Both the position numbers and the translations under genes were made by a program. DNA of 64,000 nt from Minisyncoccota bacterium (GTDB taxonomy: Bacteria > Patescibacteriota > Minisyncoccia > Phycocordibacterales > UBA9973), in the NCBI GenBank assembly GCA_041664745.1, contig JBAYKD010000002.1, positions 6,126 through 70,125 of the forward strand. Reading direction: 5' to 3'. Positions 8,063-17,459 of this stretch are shown here, piece after piece. Position 1 is the stretch's first letter, and every line of letters starts with the position of its first letter. Under the pieces are notes generated by a model. That model saw only the letters and a program-made list of their open reading frames with translations, did not search any database and had not been told where the DNA came from.

Positions 8063-9097
8063 TTATTTAATTGTATTTATTTCAGTATAGAATTTATCTC
8101 TTCCTTTTTGTGTTAAGTCAGGATTGCCATGTTTATCAATAGGGACTTGATTTACATCAATCGCGTTTATTTCCATATCGGTAGTTTCTTTTAGTTTATT
8201 TATTGCTACTATTGAGTCTTCTTCATTTCCATTTATCACAATTCCTTTTGTTTTTACTTCTGGATGTTTCTCTTTTTCAAGTTTTTGGAATTTACTACCA
8301 CTTCCTACATCTCCAAGAGGGGAATCACCAATAATAAGAATTTTATCATATGGAATTTTTATTCCTTTTGCTTCTAATTGTTTTATTAGATATTGCATCT
8401 TATATTCTTTTTTTCCGGGAACGTCTGTATCTGTCGCACAATCTATAAAGGATTCTCCTAGTCCTGCATATTTACAGAGTGCATTTGCAAACTTTTTTGG
8501 ATTTGCTGTCATTCCCACTATTACTACTCCAAGTCTTTTATATAAAGCATTTAATTTATATATAGGTTGTATCTTTGCTTCATCAAAAAATTCTGGATTC
8601 TCTTTCGCTTGCTTCTCTACTGTGCTAGCTGCGATATCGTCAAATTTTTCTAATAGTTTATCGCATTCTATATGTAGAGGGTCATTCGTTTCATCAATAT
8701 GTTCTCCGTCTTTTCCGACAGCTAGAAATTCTTCTTCATATTTATCTGGATTTTTCCATTCCGTTTTTCCTAAATTATAAATAGCGTGCATTCTGTAAAG
8801 TTCACGCCACATTGTTCCTAGTCGGAAACCAGCCAAATGAACACGTCCAACTTCTTCAATTCCATCTAAGGCTACAGCATCTGGCCACATGGCTTTACGA
8901 ATCTCTTTATATGTAGGTTCAAGGTGGAGTAGGGTTTTGTCTATGTCTTCGAAAACAACGAGTGGTGGCTTTCCATCTTTATCAAGTCTAATTGAAAAGG
9001 ATTCAAAATTTCCATCAGCATTTTCTAGATTGGAAGTGAAAGATTTTCGTGTGTATTCGGGTTTGGGTTCTATGGGGTTATTTATTCCTTCATGCAT
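8063..9097 (-). CDS. HAD-superfamily hydrolase-like protein (paralog of 31041..32042)
   Basis: Start moved to MHEGINNP..., because the longer ORF N-terminus reads through a palindromic repeat. It has the HAD motif I DIDKT and the motif IV-like GDSPLGD. It aligns along its length with 31041..32042 (GFRLG..RE..RM..IYNLG..EW). Confidence 0.6.
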   Translation of the reverse strand: MHEGINNPIEPKPEYTRKSFTSNLENADGNFESFSIRLDKDGKPPLVVFEDIDKTLLHLEPTYKEIRKAMWPDAVALDGIEEVGRVHLAGFRLGTMWRELYRMHAIYNLGKTEWKNPDKYEEEFLAVGKDGEHIDETNDPLHIECDKLLEKFDDIAASTVEKQAKENPEFFDEAKIQPIYKLNALYKRLGVVIVGMTANPKKFANALCKYAGLGESFIDCATDTDVPGKKEYKMQYLIKQLEAKGIKIPYDKILIIGDSPLGDVGSGSKFQKLEKEKHPEVKTKGIVINGNEEDSIVAINKLKETTDMEINAIDVNQVPIDKHGNPDLTQKGRDKFYTEINTIK

Positions 9098-9136
9098 AAG
9101 TATATAGTAGCATAAAAAATCACGAGACCGTGAGAC

Positions 9137-9161
9137 TATAGCAAGGACCGTCCTTGCTATA
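9137..9161. repeat. perfect 25-nt palindrome TATAGCAAGGAC-C-GTCCTTGCTATA (TAGCAAGGACC family)
   Basis: Perfect dyad symmetry. The same motif occurs at 60665..60693 and 62695..62732, with half-sites at 60652..60664 and 63212..63223. Confidence 0.8.
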
Positions 9162-9286
9162 GTATGGCGGGAACGTGAGTACACTTATCGATCATTACAT
9201 GACCAGTATCCCAATTCGTTTCGGTTAACACCGAAAAACGAATTGGGCTTCGATTTCCGCACGCTTCATCCGCAGGGATGAAGCTC

Positions 9287-9340
9287 ATCTCCACATAAGA
9301 AAAAACCTCATCGGAATGAGGTTTTTTCTTATGTGGAGAT
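9287..9340 (-). terminator. 25-bp perfect inverted repeat / bidirectional terminator overlapping the tmRNA 3' end
   Basis: ATCTCCACATAAGAAAAAACCTCAT-CGGA-ATGAGGTTTTTTCTTATGTGGAGAT. The inner part is a classic A-tract / hairpin / T-tract. The outer 7 nt are complementary to the tmRNA acceptor 3' strand. Confidence 0.7.
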
Positions 9341-9733
9341 GGCGGGAATCGAACCCGCGTGCAGGAGGGAATCTTATAGAATTCTACATGTTTAGTATGT
9401 TCATTTTGTTTTAACCATTTACTCTAGAGAGCATACAAGAAAAGTAAATAACGAGCTTTAAATTGTAGAACTTTACATCAAGCATTTGTAAAATCGTAAC
9501 CCGATAAATTATGCCCACTCTTTATATCGGATGTCAAAAGAGTAGACATCGTCCAGACCTAAATTTAGGCGAGGGCGAAAGCGGATTGCATACCGAATGC
9601 CGAAGCAAAAGGCGATACTATCGCTCTAGCGACTTTGTTTGCACTTAGTCTTTTCCAAGAAGTTTTAAAAGATTCCTGAGTACTTTACATGCATATATAA
9701 GATGATTCCTCTTGTCGAAGCCGATCATCCCCC
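9334..9733 (-). ncRNA. ssrA: tmRNA (transfer-messenger RNA)
   Basis: The minus-strand 5' end is GGGGGATGATCGGCTTCGAC. The 3' end is GCGGGTTCGATTCCCGCCATCTCCA (T-arm plus acceptor). An internal reading frame at 9565..9642 would encode ANKVARAIVSPFASAFGMQSAFALA*. The gene is directly adjacent to smpB. Confidence 0.9.
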
Positions 9734-9737
9734 TATG

Positions 9738-10184
9738 TTAACGAACTTTATACTCCCTACTTATTTCTATATCGCTTTCTCGTTTTTTAATAGTCTCTCT
9801 TTTATCAAAGACTCTTTTTCCACGAACGATAGCAACAGAAACTTTAATGTAGGGACCCTTACTATACAATGACAAGGGTATAAGAGTCAATCCTTTAGTA
9901 GAGTCTTTGTCGGCCAGTCTTTTAATTTCCCTCTTAGACAAGAGAAGCTTTCTCGTCCTATCTGGATCATAAGCAGGATCTGTATTGTGAGGTTGATATG
10001 GAGGAATATGCATATTCATAATATACGCTTCTCCTCCTCGCACTATAACAAAAGCAGAATTGATAACTCCACTGCCATTTTTTATGGCTTTTACTTCAAA
10101 GCCTTCGAGTTCAATTCCCGCTTCAAAAGTTTCTTCAATACTATAGTTAAAATGTGCTTTTCTATTGTCTATATATGTTGCCAT
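9738..10184 (-). CDS. smpB: SsrA-binding protein SmpB
   Basis: MATYIDNRKAHFNYSIEETFEAGIELEGFEVKAIK..., with the C-terminal basic tail typical of SmpB. Start taken at the second Met. Confidence 0.9.
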   Translation of the reverse strand: MATYIDNRKAHFNYSIEETFEAGIELEGFEVKAIKNGSGVINSAFVIVRGGEAYIMNMHIPPYQPHNTDPAYDPDRTRKLLLSKREIKRLADKDSTKGLTLIPLSLYSKGPYIKVSVAIVRGKRVFDKRETIKKRESDIEISREYKVR

Positions 10185-10262
10185 ACATTTACATGGTACC
10201 ATAAAATTTTTGAATTTCCTCTACCTTTATTTTTATCTAATCTGGTGTATAATGCACTAACT

Positions 10263-12146
10263 ATGGATAAAAACAAAAAATCAACACAACCCAAAATACC
10301 CAACATTGTAAACCAGATAATGATTGCAATATTTATATTTATTAGTATTACCCTTATTTATACTCTTGTAGCGAAGAAGCCTGAAGATATCAAGAAGATG
10401 ACTATTTCCGAAGTAGCGAAAAGTGTCGTAGATGGATCAATAGAGAAAATTGTCGTTTCAGGTGGCGATATAAATATTACTTTCAAAGATAAGACAATTG
10501 GCTCTGCAAAAAAAGAGTTAGAGAGCTCTCTGTCTGAGACTTTATACAATTACGGAGTCACTCCGGTACAATTAGCAGGTACACCGATTGAGATTAAGAC
10601 AGAGTCAGGATTCTGGTATTCTGTTTTAAATATTTTACCATTCCTTCTTCCTGTATTTATAATTATATTTTTTATTTGGATGCTCACTCGCCAAGTGAAA
10701 GGTCAAGGAATGCAAGCTTTCACTTTTGGTCAGTCCAAAGCTCGCATTACAGACCCAGATGATAAAAACAATAAAGTAACTTTTAAAGATGTCGCCGGTG
10801 CAAAAGAAGCGAAAGAAGAATTAAAAGAGATAGTGGATTTTCTAAAGAATCCTAAAAAGTTTTTAGACATAGGCGCAAGGATTCCTAAGGGTGTCCTTCT
10901 TACAGGTGCACCTGGAACAGGGAAGACTTTACTTGCAAGAGCTGTCGCAGGGGAAGCAGAAGTACCGTTCTTCCATTTGTCTGGAAGTGAGTTCGTAGAA
11001 ATGTTTGTTGGAGTTGGAGCAAGCCGTGTACGCGACTTGTTCAAAATGGCAAAAAAAGCTGCTCCTTCAATAGTATTTATCGATGAGATAGATGCAGTAG
11101 GGCGCGTCCGTGGTACGGGAGTCGGTGGGGGAAATGATGAACGTGAGCAGACCTTGAACCAAATACTTGTAGAGATGGATGGTTTTGAACCAAATGAAAA
11201 GGTGATAGTCATGGCTGCAACAAACAGAGGCGATGTACTTGATCCAGCTCTCCTACGTCCAGGACGTTTTGACAGAAGAGTCGTCCTTGATTTACCAGAC
11301 CGCGGTGACCGTGAAGAAATTCTTAAAATACATTCAAACAAGAAACCATTTGCTGAAGATGTAAACTTGAAAGTTATAGCTGAACGTACTCCCGGATTCT
11401 CAGGAGCTGACCTTTCATCAATCATGAACGAAGGAGCAATCTTGGCAGCAAGAGAGGATAGGAAAAAAGTTGCGCAGTTTGACCTCGTACGTTCTATAGA
11501 GAAAGTTATGATGGGCCCAGAGAGAAAGAGTCACTTACTTTCCAAGAAAGAAAAAGAAATAACTGCTTATCATGAAGCTGGGCACGCACTTGTAGCATCG
11601 ATGCTTCCACACGCTGATCCAGTACACAAAGTCTCCATCGTTTCTCGTGGTAATACAGGAGGATATACCTTGAAGCTCCCACTTGAAGAGCGAAGAATGC
11701 AAAGCAAGAAAGAATTTTTAGACGATATCGCAATGTCTCTCGGTGGATACGTTGCAGAAGAAATGGTCTTCGGAGATATAACGACAGGACCATCCAATGA
11801 TCTTCAAGTTGCGACAAGTCTGGCCCGTGCAATGGTAACGAGATGGGGGATGAGCGATGAGATAGGCCCAATAGCACTTGAAAGTGATGGAGGACGAACG
11901 ATGTTCGGACGTGGAGTGAACGACAGTGAATACTCTGAACGCGTCAGTGCTCTTATAGATAGCGAAGTCTCAAAGATTATGAATAATGCTTTCGCTGTGG
12001 CTCGTACCGTCCTTACAGATAAAAGAAAAGTTCTTGATGCTATTGCTCACAAACTAATCGATGTAGAAACTCTAGAACAAGCTGAATACAACGAGATAAT
12101 AGTGGCGAATGGGATCGTGCCAAAGAAAAAAGAAGAAATAAAATAA
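10263..12146 (+). CDS. ftsH: ATP-dependent zinc metalloprotease FtsH
   Basis: Start at MDKNKK..., since the ORF-track N-terminal extension overlaps smpB antisense. Two TM helices, Walker A GAPGTGKT, Walker [12 protein letters not shown] region, and zinc site HEAGHA. Confidence 0.95.
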   Translation: MDKNKKSTQPKIPNIVNQIMIAIFIFISITLIYTLVAKKPEDIKKMTISEVAKSVVDGSIEKIVVSGGDINITFKDKTIGSAKKELESSLSETLYNYGVTPVQLAGTPIEIKTESGFWYSVLNILPFLLPVFIIIFFIWMLTRQVKGQGMQAFTFGQSKARITDPDDKNNKVTFKDVAGAKEAKEELKEIVDFLKNPKKFLDIGARIPKGVLLTGAPGTGKTLLARAVAGEAEVPFFHLSGSEFVEMFVGVGASRVRDLFKMAKKAAPSIVFIDEIDAVGRVRGTGVGGGNDEREQTLNQILVEMDGFEPNEKVIVMAATNRGDVLDPALLRPGRFDRRVVLDLPDRGDREEILKIHSNKKPFAEDVNLKVIAERTPGFSGADLSSIMNEGAILAAREDRKKVAQFDLVRSIEKVMMGPERKSHLLSKKEKEITAYHEAGHALVASMLPHADPVHKVSIVSRGNTGGYTLKLPLEERRMQSKKEFLDDIAMSLGGYVAEEMVFGDITTGPSNDLQVATSLARAMVTRWGMSDEIGPIALESDGGRTMFGRGVNDSEYSERVSALIDSEVSKIMNNAFAVARTVLTDKRKVLDAIAHKLIDVETLEQAEYNEIIVANGIVPKKKEEIK

Positions 12147-12150
12147 AAAA

Positions 12151-12182
12151 TTGAAAAACCTTACAAAAGTAAGGTTTTTCAA
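12151..12182. terminator. bidirectional hairpin terminator between ftsH and tRNA-Ile
   Basis: TTGAAAAACCTTAC-AAAA-GTAAGGTTTTTCAA. Confidence 0.7.
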
Positions 12183-12185
12183 TTG

Positions 12186-12259
12186 TCCGTCCTCTAGGAT
12201 TTGAACCTAGGACCCCAGAGGTATAAGCTCTGTGCTCTAACCAGCTGAGCTAAGGACGG
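12186..12259 (-). tRNA. tRNA-Ile with anticodon UAU (reads AUA)
   Basis: Cloverleaf by hand: acceptor CCGTCCT/AGGACGG, D-arm GCTC-AGCTGGTTA-GAGC, anticodon arm CAGAG-CTTATAC-CTCTG, T-arm CTAGG-TTCAAAT-CCTAG, discriminator A. Confidence 0.8.
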
Positions 12260-12461
12260 AATTTGGTTATTAATATATTACACCAAATTTTAATTTATTC
12301 AAAATGCAATTTTACGCATTTGACATCATCTATATTTGCATGTTATTATATACATAATGTTTTATATGTTTGATTTTAAGTATATAATTAAACTAATTGA
12401 TATTTAATTACTTTATGAAGTGATATTGATACTATTATTAATAATTTTTTATAATATAGAT

Positions 12462-12752
12462 ATGAAAAATATAGAAGAATTTGTAGACAGATTAATTAAA
12501 GATAAGGGTTTTAAAGAGGAAGACCCCGAAGTTCTTGCTCAAATGAAAAGTGATCTTATGGATCGAGTTGAAAATCGTATCAACGCTATGATTCTTTCCC
12601 ATATAAACTCTGATAAACTTGAAGACTTCGAAAAAATTATTGATGGTGGCAACGAAGAAGAAATTCAAAATTTTGTTAAAAAGGATGTTCCAGATATTGA
12701 TGAGAAGGTTGCAATGGAGCTTTTAACTTTTAAAAACATATACCTAGGCTAA
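12462..12752 (+). CDS. small acidic helical hypothetical protein
   Basis: ATG at 12462 (MKNIEEFVDRLIKDKGF...). It lies 12 nt upstream of the giant ORF on the same strand. Confidence 0.5.
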   Translation: MKNIEEFVDRLIKDKGFKEEDPEVLAQMKSDLMDRVENRINAMILSHINSDKLEDFEKIIDGGNEEEIQNFVKKDVPDIDEKVAMELLTFKNIYLG

Positions 12753-12764
12753 TATTTAAACACT

Positions 12765-15700
12765 ATGGAAAATTTATCAAGCTCAAAATCAGAAAATTCA
12801 AACGATTCTCTCAAGAAAGTATATAAAGCGGGAATAGTAGATTTGTCCGTCTTGGCAGAAGCTCAAGCAAAAGATGTAGCTGATTCTAGGATGACTGAGT
12901 CTAAAGAAGACCGTTCCAAGAATTGGTTCACTCGCACAGCTAAGCGTTTTTGGAAGCATAACGTTGCACAAGAGTGGTATCGTAATCGTGAAGTTGAAAG
13001 AGTCCGTAGTGAAATAGCTGAAACTGGCAATCTATATGCCGGTGAGGATAAGAATGCAAATATAAAAGATTACGAGAAAGCCAAAGAAGCTATTATTGAA
13101 AGATTCACCAGCGAATATGGAGATGAAATGCTAAAGAAAGAAGAGAAAGATTCGAAAAAGCATGTCACAGATGAAAATGTAAAGAAACAAATTAAAGACT
13201 TGATTAAGCAATTTGCCGGAGATCCTAATATGTCAGAGGTGACATTTAACGAAGAGCAGAATAGAATTCTCGCTACTTCCAATCCAGAGTATACAGAGAA
13301 AGGTAAAATGTATGCTAGTAATTTACTTGATATTGCAAAAGAAATTAGAAATTCTATCGCTCACGGTGAGAAATTGGCAGAGTTGGACTTTGATGTTGAG
13401 ATTACTCTAGGTCAAGCTCGTGAGAGTTTGAATACAGAAGCCAAACATAATACTTTCGAGAGGCTCATAGAGAAAACTCAGAATTCAAAGCTTGGTAAAT
13501 ATTTATTTAATGAACCAGCAGCCGTAGCAATTGCGGCAGGATTATATTCTGCTGTTAACTTTTTAGGAGTGAAAGCTCTTCGAAGTAAGCTTGTTAAATG
13601 GGGTACATTTGGAGCCACAGCTATTTTGGCTGGAGGTATTTCAGCAAGTAAAGAAGCTGCTCGACTTAATCGTGAAGATGCTCAGGATAAAAGAGAAAGA
13701 ACAAAAGGCATGGAGTTTAAAGAGAGTGATATGAAGCGTCGCAAAGAATTTGAAAGTAGTAGATATGAGACCAAAAACGCGAGTGAGATCATTTCAAATC
13801 TTGATCAAGATTTAGCAAAAGTAACATCAGGTAATGTAACTCTAGATGAATTGAATGCAATTCTAGTTAATCTTTCTGATTTAGAAGCACGTATCTTACT
13901 TGGAGATAAGGAAAAGATCGATTTAATCGCTTATTCACGATTCAATAAAGTAGAAGAAGAGAGAATGAAGCTGGATTCATACAGAGCAAAAATTAAAGTT
14001 GCAATCAGAAGGGGTGTTGCCGACGGAAGAATTGATTTTGATAAAGGAAATAATTTCGATGATCACCTACGTAAGCTTATAGATGTTCAATCAGAAGGCA
14101 TCACTACTGATGTAGAAAAGAAGAATCAAATATTTAGCACAATGAAAAAGAAAAAGGTTGCATGGGCCTTTGCCAAAACGGCATTTATTGGTGCTTCTGT
14201 TGGATTTGCATTCCAAGAAGTACGAGCATTCTTTCAAGAGGGAACGGATGGATTCTTTGAAGGTATTGCTAAACAATTAAGAGGTGACGAGGAGCATCTA
14301 GCCTCAAAGGCCACTGCTTTCGAAGGTTTGCGACGCTGGTTCACCGGTGATGGTATTCGTGTTCCTTCTGGGGCCTTTCATGAAGTGATGCTTGGTAATA
14401 CTCATATGCAATTACCAGATGGAGTGACTATAAATCAAAATGTAGATGAGACTTGTGATATTCTTCGTGATGGTAAAGTAATTTCAGATAATGTAAAACT
14501 TGGATTTGCTCCCAACGGAGATCTTAATAAGGTTTCAAAAGAATTACTTGAAAAAGATGGCATTCTTACTACTTTTGCACAAACAGGTGGAAAGGTCACT
14601 GAGCATATTACGCGAGAAGCAGGAGAATATACTAATAAACATCCTGAATTAACTAAACAAATTCATCGTAGTTGGATGGATAATAATACTCCTATGCATC
14701 CAGACCCAGAGCACGTAGGTCATTTAATTGGAGCAGATAAAAATGAACTTAAACTTGAATGGGGAGGAGTTAATGGTTCAGGAATAAATGAAAAAGGAGA
14801 TTTCGTATTTCAAGTTAAACATATGACAGACGATGGATCATTCCATGAGGGTCTCTCGGTTGCAGCCCGTGAACAAATGAAAAAGGGTGGTCTTGAGGTA
14901 CTTCTTTCTGTAACTAAAGGCACTCAGCATATGGTAATTCCTGTAAAAATAAATGAATTGGGGGAAGCCACTATTCTTCACACAAGCGATACAGGGAAAA
15001 TGTTGTTTGAAAATGTAAATGGAAAGGCTATCTATGATGGAGCATTCGCAGAAGTTGGACATTCTACAGGATTAGCTTCAGATAGTGGAGAAAATACTCA
15101 AATATTAGCCACTCATATAGGTAAAGGAAGTCCAAAAGATATTATTGAAGAAATAATCAAAGATACAACACATGCAAATGTGAAGCTAGATGTACCTGCT
15201 GATTGGGATTATGAAGTACCCCCATTTATTCCTATTGGTGCTAGGAGACCACTCGAAAGAGGTGCATACAAAGAAGATAAAGAAGAAGCTCCAGCTTTTA
15301 CTTATTATATGGATCATTATGGGTATAATGGTGGTGGTTCACCAAAAGATAGGGCTCTGAAATTGGCTTATTTTGAAAAAAATAGATCTATTACTTTAAA
15401 AGAAAATCCAAATGCTAAATTGGATAACTTTAAAGAAATAAAAATGTATCTAGATAAGCAAGAGCCTATATATTTGGAGAGAGTAAAAAAACTTGCTGAT
15501 CAAACAGAAAAAATGGAAAAAGATTGCAAGCTATGTGCTTGTATACCTGTAGCTGGGCATCAAGAAGGTAAACAAATTTATGAATCTCTAGAAAATTACA
15601 CATATCAGACAGCAAAAAGAGAAGATTTTGAGTTGGTTCTCTTTGTAAATCATCCAGAAAAAGATAAAGAAGGAAAAATCTTAAATGCTACAGAAACATT

Positions 15701-17444
15701 AAGTGAAATAGAAAGATTTAAAAAAGATCATCCAGAGATGAAGGTTAGAGTAATGTATGAAGTGTTAGATAATGCCGAAGCAAGAATAGGTTTAATTAGA
15801 AAAATGTTATCTGATGCGACACTTGTTCGTCAACAAGAGAGAGGTCAAGATGCTAATGATTTAATTATGGTTAGTAATGATGCTGATAATAAAGGATTGG
15901 ATCCAAGGTATATTCAAACCTTCATAAATAATTTTGAGAAAAATCCAGAAGCTGATGGTTTATTAGGTCAGCTTGATTGGGATCCAGAATCATACCAAAA
16001 ATATCCAGCTATACATGTAGGAACTCGTTTGTTTCAATATTTGAGTGCTATTGGGCGTCATAGAAGTAATCGTATGGTTTCAAGTGGAGCAAATTCAGCT
16101 TATCGTTCAAGTATGTATGCGGCAATAGGTGGATATATGGATAGTAAAGAGGGAGGAGAAGATGTAGCCATTGGAGAAGCTATCGTTGCGGCTCGAGCTG
16201 ACAATAGGAATAGTTTTGCTTTTGCAGGAACAGAGACGAGACTGTTTACTTCTTCACGCAGATCAATAAGTGTCTTATTAGAATATGGATTAGCTCCAGT
16301 AGAACAATGGGACAAGGGATTCAGTGTTCATGATGATAAAGTTAGAATGCTTGAAATGAAAGAAGGTAATAAAATTGATTATAAAGATCCTGAAACTCTT
16401 AAAAAAATAAAAACTTCACTAGAGGATGTTATTAATAGGACATTGGATGTTTATGAAGTTGAACAAAAATTAGGAAAGGACAGTCCTTTTTATAGAAAAG
16501 CTGTTGGTTGGATGGGTGTTAAATATAATTTGGATAATAAAGGGAATGCAGTGATAACAGATATGACATCCTTAGTTAAAGGTCTTGAAAAATATCAAAT
16601 TCAAGGTAAATTAATGCGTGATGCAAGATCTGGTAAAACTGAAGCAATAGAGCAATTGAAATCTCTACGTGGGATAAAAAAGGAAGATAAGATAAAAGAA
16701 GAAAAACCAATAGAAGATAAGAAAGAAGTAAAACTAACAAATAGTGAAGAGATGGAAAGAGCTGTGGAGCACTATATAGATGAGCTTCCTAATAATAAAG
16801 AAAAGATAGATTCACTCAATAAACTTCTAGTCAGAAGTTTAAATAATGAATTATTGAAAAAAATAGGATTAAATATTACAGTAAATGAAATTAAGAACAA
16901 TCTAGAAAAATGTAAAAAAATAGAAAGTGGTGCAGATTTTATAAACAAAGTAAAAGAAATAATCAGACCTATCTCTATTGCAATGGATAATAATCCAGCA
17001 GAATTTGCTAACTTTAAAAGAAAAGCATTTAATGAAAGTCATAATTTTAAACCTCTCAATGAAGTATTCTCGTACAGAATAGATGAGGGTGATTTACACC
17101 TCCACATGGCTCCTGCAACTGACCTAAGTACGATTAGTAAAATTAAATTTATTAAAGATGCAATAGAAAAATTACCAGAAATCGTAAAATCTAATAAGAA
17201 AGTTAAAAAGATTTCTGCAACTTCATGGATTGTAGCCAGTAATCCAAAGATTCTTGAAAGAATTGGTTTTAAGGATGAAGGTCCAATAAGTGATGAAACA
17301 AGAAAAAGAGATTTTGAAGGAGAGACAGAGCCTATAAGTAGAGCCACTATATCACGAGAAGAATTTCTTTCTAGATATTCAAAGGGGAGTGAAGGTTTTA
17401 TGAAAAGGTTTTTGAATTTTTTTGGAATGAAATCTAAAAAGTAA
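12765..17444 (+). CDS. giant (1559 aa) multi-domain membrane protein with an internal GT-A (family-2-like) glycosyltransferase domain
   Basis: Uninterrupted 4.7-kb ORF. TM helices lie near aa 250-300 and about 470-490. The GT-A-like region contains CIPVAGHQE..., the DxD-type motif VSNDADN, GANSAYRSSMYAAIGGY and GGEDVAIG. The N- and C-terminal regions are charged/coiled with no family I recognise. Confidence 0.7.
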   Translation: MENLSSSKSENSNDSLKKVYKAGIVDLSVLAEAQAKDVADSRMTESKEDRSKNWFTRTAKRFWKHNVAQEWYRNREVERVRSEIAETGNLYAGEDKNANIKDYEKAKEAIIERFTSEYGDEMLKKEEKDSKKHVTDENVKKQIKDLIKQFAGDPNMSEVTFNEEQNRILATSNPEYTEKGKMYASNLLDIAKEIRNSIAHGEKLAELDFDVEITLGQARESLNTEAKHNTFERLIEKTQNSKLGKYLFNEPAAVAIAAGLYSAVNFLGVKALRSKLVKWGTFGATAILAGGISASKEAARLNREDAQDKRERTKGMEFKESDMKRRKEFESSRYETKNASEIISNLDQDLAKVTSGNVTLDELNAILVNLSDLEARILLGDKEKIDLIAYSRFNKVEEERMKLDSYRAKIKVAIRRGVADGRIDFDKGNNFDDHLRKLIDVQSEGITTDVEKKNQIFSTMKKKKVAWAFAKTAFIGASVGFAFQEVRAFFQEGTDGFFEGIAKQLRGDEEHLASKATAFEGLRRWFTGDGIRVPSGAFHEVMLGNTHMQLPDGVTINQNVDETCDILRDGKVISDNVKLGFAPNGDLNKVSKELLEKDGILTTFAQTGGKVTEHITREAGEYTNKHPELTKQIHRSWMDNNTPMHPDPEHVGHLIGADKNELKLEWGGVNGSGINEKGDFVFQVKHMTDDGSFHEGLSVAAREQMKKGGLEVLLSVTKGTQHMVIPVKINELGEATILHTSDTGKMLFENVNGKAIYDGAFAEVGHSTGLASDSGENTQILATHIGKGSPKDIIEEIIKDTTHANVKLDVPADWDYEVPPFIPIGARRPLERGAYKEDKEEAPAFTYYMDHYGYNGGGSPKDRALKLAYFEKNRSITLKENPNAKLDNFKEIKMYLDKQEPIYLERVKKLADQTEKMEKDCKLCACIPVAGHQEGKQIYESLENYTYQTAKREDFELVLFVNHPEKDKEGKILNATETLSEIERFKKDHPEMKVRVMYEVLDNAEARIGLIRKMLSDATLVRQQERGQDANDLIMVSNDADNKGLDPRYIQTFINNFEKNPEADGLLGQLDWDPESYQKYPAIHVGTRLFQYLSAIGRHRSNRMVSSGANSAYRSSMYAAIGGYMDSKEGGEDVAIGEAIVAARADNRNSFAFAGTETRLFTSSRRSISVLLEYGLAPVEQWDKGFSVHDDKVRMLEMKEGNKIDYKDPETLKKIKTSLEDVINRTLDVYEVEQKLGKDSPFYRKAVGWMGVKYNLDNKGNAVITDMTSLVKGLEKYQIQGKLMRDARSGKTEAIEQLKSLRGIKKEDKIKEEKPIEDKKEVKLTNSEEMERAVEHYIDELPNNKEKIDSLNKLLVRSLNNELLKKIGLNITVNEIKNNLEKCKKIESGADFINKVKEIIRPISIAMDNNPAEFANFKRKAFNESHNFKPLNEVFSYRIDEGDLHLHMAPATDLSTISKIKFIKDAIEKLPEIVKSNKKVKKISATSWIVASNPKILERIGFKDEGPISDETRKRDFEGETEPISRATISREEFLSRYSKGSEGFMKRFLNFFGMKSKK

Positions 17445-17459
17445 AAAGTATAAATAAAA

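Noticed and set aside
8063-9184. Long N-terminal extensions of ORFs 8063..9184, 32028..33341, 9987..12146, 61757..62260 and 42851..43699 as given in the track.
   Set aside because: The extensions run through palindromic or GC-rich repeats, or antisense through neighbouring genes. Internal ATG starts give N-termini typical of the families, so I trimmed the features accordingly.
10730-11877. Antisense ORFs inside ftsH (10730..11425, 11506..11877, 11570..11797, minus strand).
   Set aside because: They are Ser/Pro/Arg-rich shadow frames opposite the most conserved, GC-richer part of ftsH, with no independent support.
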